Source: Gammaproteobacteria bacterium
Lineage (GTDB): Bacteria; Pseudomonadota; Gammaproteobacteria; Eutrophobiales; Eutrophobiaceae
DNA length: 64,000 nucleotides
Direction of reading: 5' to 3'
Assembly: GCA_965221695.1 (NCBI GenBank)
Contig: OZ244905.1
Span: forward strand, 2,816,001 to 2,880,000
In this document: one piece after another, positions 57,899-64,000 of the stretch
Numbering within the stretch: position 1 is the stretch's first letter
Layout: every line of letters starts with the position of its first letter
Notes under the pieces: model-generated
What the model was told of the DNA's origin: nothing
Database searches by the model: none
What the model saw: the letters and a program-made list of their open reading frames with translations, nothing else
Position numbers and translations under genes: made by a program

Positions 57899-58078
57899 GG
57901 CGACATTGGTCAACCGCGCCAGGACCATCCGGGGAATTTCCTGCTGATCCTCAAATACGATAATCGAATCAAACGAAAAACCGTTCCTCGTCGACGTTCT
58001 CAAAATCAGGGGCTTGGGATCTTAGTAAAACATCGACGTTACTTGTCCTCAATTTAGAAATGTCAGATCGTAAACCTT
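57899..58078 (-). pseudogene. Degenerate, deleted second copy of the DUF1828 gene
   Basis: Aligns by eye to 54273-54351 and then 54523-54618, with substitutions and an internal deletion. Confidence 0.8.
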
Positions 58079-58180
58079 TTCGCGTACGGAGGCGCTCAGT
58101 TGCATTCAGCTAATACTACTAATGATATTTCTTGCCGGATTGGATAATATTCATTAAATTGGTAGTTGTTCAGATTTTCC

Positions 58181-59554
58181 ATGAAGACACTCATCCCCCA
58201 ACTGTTCTCCGTTCTCGCAACAGCCGTTCTTGCCGGGTGTGCTGTTTCTGCGATCTCGCCTGAGGTCAGGGACCCGGATCTGCCCGAAAGCTGGCGCGGG
58301 GTGGATGACTATGTCGCGGTCGAAGACGGTTGGTTGGGGCAACTGGGTGATGCGGAGCTCAGTGGCCTGGTGGATGTTGCCATGCAGCGGAACTACCAGT
58401 TGGCGCAACTGGCCGCGCAGGTCGAGGCGGCGCAGCAGGCTGCGGTCATCAGCGGCGCGGCGCGGCTTCCAGAGTTGTCCCTGGGGTTCGACTCTTCGCG
58501 CCGGCGGGTGATCAGCAACCAGTTCGGGATTACCCGCACCTCCAGTAATTTTGAGTTGGGCCTGGACCTGGCCTGGGAAATCGATGCCTGGGGCAAGCTC
58601 CGGGATGTTGAGAAGCAGGCCAACCTGAAGCTGATGGCGGCGCAGGCGCGCTACACGGACAGCCGCCGCAGGCTGGCGGCACAGGTGGCGCGGGCCTGGT
58701 TCAATGTCGTCGGCGCCCGGGAATTGCTGGCATTGCTGCGCGAACGGCTGACCAACCTGGAGCAAGACCTGGACATCATCGAACGTGCTTATAACCAGGG
58801 TTTGACCGGCGCGTTGGACGTGTACCTGGCCCGCGCCGGCACCGATCAGGAACGCTCCCGCATCGCCGCGCAAGAGCAATTGCTGACGGAATACCGGGTG
58901 GCATTGCAGTTGCTGCTGGGGGATTATCCGGACGGCAGCCTGGAGGCCAGCAATACCCTCCCGGTGTTGGAAGCGCCCATTCCGACGGGTCTGCCGTCTG
59001 AGCTTGTCCGCCGCAGGCCAGACCTGCAGCAGGCCTGGATGAGCCTGCTGGCCAGTGACGCCGCAGTCGCGATTGCCCACAAACAACGCTTTCCGCGCAT
59101 CTCCCTGGTGGCCTCCGGCAATGATGTCTCCGACGACCTGACCAGCTTGCTGGACGGCACTGCGCTGGCCTGGTCGGCGCTGGGCAACCTGACCCAGCCG
59201 CTGTTCAACCGGGGCCGGCTGAAAGCGCAGGAGCAACAGGCCCGGGCACAACTGGTACAGGCCGAAAACCAGTACCTGGATAGCTTGTACCAGGCATTCT
59301 CGGAGGTGGAGACCGCGCTCAGCCGCAACCGGACATTGCAGACCCGCTACCGGGTCACCCTGGCCGCGGAGAAAAACGCGGTGACCGGGCTGACTCTCGC
59401 ATTTGAACAATACCAGCGCGGACTGGTCCCATATACTACGGTACTGGAGGCACAGCGGCGCGCATTTGATATACAATCCGGGGTTATCGACTTGCGCAAA
59501 CAGCTTTTACAGAACAGGGTTACCCTGTACCTGGCCCTGGGTGGCGACTATTGA
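58181..59554 (+). CDS. Efflux outer-membrane lipoprotein (NodT/OprM/TolC family)
   Basis: Lipobox LAGC, WEID.WGKL, P.GLPSEL..RRPD, PLFN.GRL, LY.ALGG. Confidence 0.92.
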   Translation: MKTLIPQLFSVLATAVLAGCAVSAISPEVRDPDLPESWRGVDDYVAVEDGWLGQLGDAELSGLVDVAMQRNYQLAQLAAQVEAAQQAAVISGAARLPELSLGFDSSRRRVISNQFGITRTSSNFELGLDLAWEIDAWGKLRDVEKQANLKLMAAQARYTDSRRRLAAQVARAWFNVVGARELLALLRERLTNLEQDLDIIERAYNQGLTGALDVYLARAGTDQERSRIAAQEQLLTEYRVALQLLLGDYPDGSLEASNTLPVLEAPIPTGLPSELVRRRPDLQQAWMSLLASDAAVAIAHKQRFPRISLVASGNDVSDDLTSLLDGTALAWSALGNLTQPLFNRGRLKAQEQQARAQLVQAENQYLDSLYQAFSEVETALSRNRTLQTRYRVTLAAEKNAVTGLTLAFEQYQRGLVPYTTVLEAQRRAFDIQSGVIDLRKQLLQNRVTLYLALGGDY

Positions 59555-59555
59555 T

Positions 59556-60764
59556 ATGAAAAAACTACTGCCTGTGATTATCCTGGTAGCCCTCGTCGGA
59601 TTGACGTTCCTGGTCCTGTTCAATCCGCCGAAGGCGGAGCGCGAGACGGCGCCCGCAGGACCGCAACTCAAGGTCGAGGCGCTGGAATTGGAACGGCGGC
59701 CGTACCAGGTGAACCTGCAAAGTTATGGCACAGTGCAGCCGCGCACCCGGAGCATGCTGGTGGCACAGGTCTTCGGTGAGATTACCTCGATCAACGACAG
59801 CCTGAGAACAGGCGGTTTTTTCGAAAAAGGCGATGTGCTACTCAATATCGACCAGCGCGATTACCTGGCCAATGTAAGGATTGCCGAAGGGTCTTTGCTG
59901 GAGGCAAAACAGGCGTTGGCCCAGGAACAGGCCCGCTCCGTGCAGGCGCTGGAAGACTGGCAGCGCTTGGGCAACCGGGGCGAGGCCTCTGAACTGACAC
60001 TGCGTAAACCGCAACTGGCCGCCGCCGAAGCGCGCGTGTTATCGGCCCAGTCCACGCTGGACAAGGCGCGCCTGGAACTGGAGCGCACCCGCATCGTCGC
60101 GCCTTACGCGGGGCGGGTCATGAACAAGCTGGTCGACCAGGGCCAGGTGGTGAACCGGAACTCGCCGCTGGCGGAGATTTACGCGGTGGATTACGTCGAG
60201 GTGCGCTTGCCGCTGCGCAACCGCGACCTGGCGTTTATCGACCTGCCGGAGAATTACCGGTTCGATGCCGGTGAGCAGGCCGACGGTCCGCGGGTAACAA
60301 TCCGTTCCGAACTGGCGGGCGAGTCAACCTGGCAGGGCAGGGTGGTGCGCACCGAGGGCGCCATCGATGAAAGCGCCAGGCAACTGCACGTGGTGGCGCA
60401 GGTGGACGACCCGTTCGGTATCCATGCGCGCGGGCGCGCGCCCCTGAAGATAGGCCAGTACGTGACCGCCGAAGTGGAGGGCAGGCTGGTTCCGGACGCA
60501 CTGCTGATCCCGGGCAGCGCGATCTACCAGGGGGGGTATGTCTATACCGCGGAAAACGGCATACTGCAGCGGCGTGAAATCGATGTCGTCTGGCAGAACA
60601 GCGCCGAGGCCATGATCGGCAGCGGGCTGGATACCGGCGACCTGCTGGTATTGACGCCGCTCGGACAGGTCACCTCAGGGGTGCGCGTGATAGTGTCGGA
60701 ACAGCCGGCCGGGGCCGAACGCGCGCTGCGCGCGGACATGCCGGCACAAGGTGGTGAGTCATGA
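59556..60764 (+). CDS. RND membrane fusion protein
   Basis: N-terminal TM, G.V.P, V.G.I, L.RT.I.APY.G.V. Confidence 0.9.
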   Translation: MKKLLPVIILVALVGLTFLVLFNPPKAERETAPAGPQLKVEALELERRPYQVNLQSYGTVQPRTRSMLVAQVFGEITSINDSLRTGGFFEKGDVLLNIDQRDYLANVRIAEGSLLEAKQALAQEQARSVQALEDWQRLGNRGEASELTLRKPQLAAAEARVLSAQSTLDKARLELERTRIVAPYAGRVMNKLVDQGQVVNRNSPLAEIYAVDYVEVRLPLRNRDLAFIDLPENYRFDAGEQADGPRVTIRSELAGESTWQGRVVRTEGAIDESARQLHVVAQVDDPFGIHARGRAPLKIGQYVTAEVEGRLVPDALLIPGSAIYQGGYVYTAENGILQRREIDVVWQNSAEAMIGSGLDTGDLLVLTPLGQVTSGVRVIVSEQPAGAERALRADMPAQGGES

Positions 60765-63700
60765 TCGACTGGTTTGCCAGAAACCATGTAGCCGCAAACC
60801 TGCTGCTGTTCTGTATCATCATGGGCGGTCTGTACACACTGGTCTCATCGTTGAAGCTGGACCTGTTCCCGGAAACCGAACCTGACGTGATCAATGTGCT
60901 GGTGCCCTTGCGCGGCGCCACACCGGAAGATATGGAACTGGGTGTGGCCATCCGTATCGAGGAAGCGGTGCAGGACCTCGAGGGCATCGACCAGATAACC
61001 AGCCGCTCCGTCGAAGGCAGCGCCAGCGTCAACATTGAAGTGGATTCCGATTACGACCCCCGGGATTTGCTCAATGACATCAAGAACCGGGTCGATTCCA
61101 TCAATACCTTCCCCGCCGACACGGAGAAGCCGGTGGTAAGCCTGGCTCAACGCACGAGACCGGTCATCTCGCTGGTGGTTGCAGGCGCTTACAGCGAAAA
61201 GGAAATCCGCAGTTTTGCCGAGCAGGTGCGGGACGACCTGCTGCGCACCGGCGACATTACCCAGGTCGCGCTGGACGCGGTAAGGAACTATGAAATCAGC
61301 ATAGAAGCGTCCCAGGACCGGCTGCGTGAGTTCAACCTGACCCTGGCGGATATTGCCCGGGCCGTACAACGCAGCTCGGTGGATGTCTCCGCCGGCAATG
61401 TCCGCACCGAAGGGGGCGATGTACTCATCCGTTCCAAGGGGCAGGCCTACCGGCGCGCGCAATTCGAGGATATCGTGGTAAAGACCAACCCGGACGGCAG
61501 CATCATCCGCGTCACCGATGTGGCCACGGTGAATGACGGCTTCCAGGAAGTGTTGCTGAAAGCGGAATTCAACGGCGAGTTTGCCGCCCTGGTCCAGGTT
61601 TTCCGGGTCGGTGACCAGGACGCGATAGATATTGCCGACAGGGTGAAAGACTATGTCACAAAGAGGCAGGCCACCCTGCCGGTAGGCATGACCCTGGACT
61701 ACTGGAACGACAGGTCCACGGTTCTGAAAGCGCGTCTTGGCACCTTGATCAATAACGGCATACAAGGCAGTATCCTGGTGATCGTGTTGCTGACGATGTT
61801 TCTCAGGCCGGCCGTCGCGTTCTGGGTATTCATCGGTATTCCGGCCAGTTTCCTCGGCGCGTTGATGCTCTTGCCGGTCCTTAACGTCACGATAAACCTG
61901 CTCAGCCTGTTGGGGTTCATCATCGTGCTGGGCATTGTTGTGGACGATGCAATTGTCACCGGGGAGAATATCTACACCCGGCTGCGCGCGGGCGAAGAAC
62001 CGCTCACCGCCTCCATCCTCGGTACCAAACAGGTAGCGGTGCCGGTGACTTTCGGCATCCTGACGACCATTGCGGCCTTCAGCCCCCTGGCCTTTGTCGA
62101 AGGGCGGATGGGAGATTTCATCGGCGCAATACCGGCCGTCGTCATTCCATGCCTGTTGTTTTCCCTGATCGAGTCGAAACTGGTGTTGCCGGCGCACCTC
62201 AAAACGATAAGGGTGCGCGAAAACGGGGCGTCGCTCACGGGTTTCAGCGGCTTTCAACAGCGTTTCGCCGACGGTTTCGAACGCTTTATTCGTGATTATT
62301 TCCGGCCGTTGCTGCGCCATGCGCTGGAATATCGTTACTCGGTCCTTGCCGCGTTTATTGGAGTCCTGCTGTTGACCCTGGCGCTGGTGCTGAGCGGCTG
62401 GGCCAAGTTCGTATTTTTTCCGCGCATAGAAGCGGATACCGCCACCGTTACCCTGAGCATGCCGGTCGGTACGCCGTTCGAGGTAACGGACAGGCACATT
62501 CAACGTATTACCGATACCGCGTTCGAGTTGAAGCGCAAATATCCGAACGGAGAAGGAGGGGAGTCGATTATTCGCAATATCCTCTCCACTACCGGTTCCG
62601 CAAACGTATCGAGCGGGGGGCCGGGCGGTACTATCAGTCGCGGTGATAATAGGGGCCAGGTCATCATTGAGACGTTGCCTTCTGATGATCGTCTGATCGA
62701 TATCACTACCACGGACCTGGTCAGGGAATGGCGCCGCGCCATAGGTATTGTGCCCGGCGCCGAATCGCTGACTTTCCGTTCCGAACTGATCCGCACCGGC
62801 GACCCGTTAAACATCCAGATCAGCGCGCACTCGCTGGAGACTCTGGCAGAGATAGGCGACCAGGTAAAACAGCGACTGGCCACCTATCCCACGGTGTTTG
62901 ACATCGCCGACAGCTTGTCCGACGGCAAGGAAGAGATACGCATCGAACTGACCCCGCAAGGCCATGTGTTGGGCCTGACCCGATCCGCGATCGCAAACCA
63001 GGTCGCCCAGGCGTTTCGCGGGTTTGAAGCACAGCGCATACAACGCGGACGGGACGACATTCGGGTGATAGTGCGTTTGCCGAGGGAGGAACGCAGCGCC
63101 ACCGCAACCCTGGATGAGTACCTGATCAGCACACCGGACGGCCGGGAAGTGCCGCTCTCCCATGTAGCCACCCTGACACCTGACAAGGGACCGGCAACGA
63201 TCAAGCGTATCGACCGCTATCGCACGATGAACGTCACCGCCGATATCGACAAGGACAAAACCAATATGACGGTGCTGCAGGCTGAACTCAATGAATACCT
63301 GCAAGCCCTGCTGGTCAATTATCCCGGCGTCTCATATAGTTTTGAAGGGGAGGCCAAGGAACAACGCCAGTCGTTTGCCAGCATGGAATGGGGGATGATT
63401 GTCGTATTGTTAGCCATTTACGTGTTGCTGGCGCTGCCCCTGAAGTCCTACGTCCAGCCCCTGATCGTTATGTCGGTGATTCCCTTCGGCATTATCGGCG
63501 CGGTCTGGGGGCACTGGATCATGGGGCGCGACCTGACCATGCCGAGCGTTTTCGGCCTGATGGCCCTGGTCGGGGTAGTGGTTAACGACAGCCTGGTGCT
63601 GGTAGATTTCATCAACCAGCAGCGGGCAAAAGGCAAAAGCCTGCTGGATGCGGTATTGAATGCAGGCGTCGCCCGCTTTCGGCCGGTGCTGCTGACCTCG

Positions 63701-63931
63701 CTCACGACCTTCTTCGGCCTGTTGCCGCTGCTGTTCGAAACATCAATACAGGCGCAGTTCCTGATCCCCATGGGTATCTCCCTCGGCTTCGGCATCCTGT
63801 TTGCGACTGCCATCACCCTGATCATGGTGCCGGCAAACGTCATCATCGTCGACGACCTGAGCCGCTTCATAAACACCTTGTTCCGTGACCCGCGCGGACA
63901 AGCTGAAACGATCCAACCGCATACCCCTTGA
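60761..63931 (+). CDS. RND efflux permease
   Basis: WFARN.VAANLL, GIVVDDAIV.GE, GVVVNDSLVL, RFRPVLLTS.TT. Confidence 0.95.
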   Translation: MIDWFARNHVAANLLLFCIIMGGLYTLVSSLKLDLFPETEPDVINVLVPLRGATPEDMELGVAIRIEEAVQDLEGIDQITSRSVEGSASVNIEVDSDYDPRDLLNDIKNRVDSINTFPADTEKPVVSLAQRTRPVISLVVAGAYSEKEIRSFAEQVRDDLLRTGDITQVALDAVRNYEISIEASQDRLREFNLTLADIARAVQRSSVDVSAGNVRTEGGDVLIRSKGQAYRRAQFEDIVVKTNPDGSIIRVTDVATVNDGFQEVLLKAEFNGEFAALVQVFRVGDQDAIDIADRVKDYVTKRQATLPVGMTLDYWNDRSTVLKARLGTLINNGIQGSILVIVLLTMFLRPAVAFWVFIGIPASFLGALMLLPVLNVTINLLSLLGFIIVLGIVVDDAIVTGENIYTRLRAGEEPLTASILGTKQVAVPVTFGILTTIAAFSPLAFVEGRMGDFIGAIPAVVIPCLLFSLIESKLVLPAHLKTIRVRENGASLTGFSGFQQRFADGFERFIRDYFRPLLRHALEYRYSVLAAFIGVLLLTLALVLSGWAKFVFFPRIEADTATVTLSMPVGTPFEVTDRHIQRITDTAFELKRKYPNGEGGESIIRNILSTTGSANVSSGGPGGTISRGDNRGQVIIETLPSDDRLIDITTTDLVREWRRAIGIVPGAESLTFRSELIRTGDPLNIQISAHSLETLAEIGDQVKQRLATYPTVFDIADSLSDGKEEIRIELTPQGHVLGLTRSAIANQVAQAFRGFEAQRIQRGRDDIRVIVRLPREERSATATLDEYLISTPDGREVPLSHVATLTPDKGPATIKRIDRYRTMNVTADIDKDKTNMTVLQAELNEYLQALLVNYPGVSYSFEGEAKEQRQSFASMEWGMIVVLLAIYVLLALPLKSYVQPLIVMSVIPFGIIGAVWGHWIMGRDLTMPSVFGLMALVGVVVNDSLVLVDFINQQRAKGKSLLDAVLNAGVARFRPVLLTSLTTFFGLLPLLFETSIQAQFLIPMGISLGFGILFATAITLIMVPANVIIVDDLSRFINTLFRDPRGQAETIQPHTP

Positions 63932-64000
63932 TTCCCGACCTCCCCTGAGATCGCAGGCGTTCACTCAACGACCATCCCATTCCCGCGCAAACGGGCATCC

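Noticed and set aside
58154-62503. Long minus-strand ORFs (440 aa and 552 aa)
   Set aside because: Antisense shadows of the RND operon
1-64000. tRNA, rRNA, CRISPR arrays, prophage or integrase genes
   Set aside because: None recognised by eye; tRNAscan, Infernal and CRISPR finders were not run

Overview
GC-rich chromosomal window, most likely from a gammaproteobacterium (inferred from ArgA, AceK/Icd, CmoB/TrhO and the Bat operon). No rRNA, tRNA or CRISPR array was seen. Gene blocks in order: partial tupB; a sigma32-type promoter with two Hsp20 genes; moxR-DUF58-DUF4381-batA-batB-batD; ilvD coupled to an aromatic-amino-acid decarboxylase; argE-argA; icd-aceK-apbE; a divergent ~14 kb amide/N-heterocycle catabolic cluster (hydantoinase/oxoprolinase pair, cysteine hydrolase, aryl-CoA ligase, amidase, thiolase, acyl-CoA ligase, HAD/ECH); DUF4212 plus a solute symporter; trhO-cmoB; hicAB; a peroxiredoxin; trpE with an apparently leaderless Trp attenuator; a nucleoside-salvage block (deoC, deoD, nupC, signal-peptide-bearing adenosine deaminase) followed by two secreted DUF3604 paralogues; a decayed accessory patch (DUF1828, IS remnants, AT-rich lipoprotein, higBA); and an RND efflux operon. 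The most striking non-coding signals are: (i) a 243-bp element in three copies whose terminal repeats and ~125-nt internal hairpin show compensatory base changes; (ii) a family of CTCTGA...TCAGAG mini-palindromes that supply stop codons; (iii) an in-frame ~37-aa palindromic insertion in cmoB; and (iv) a ~190-bp scar that looks like a type I restriction-modification locus collapsed by deletions. All family assignments come from motif recognition, not database searches.
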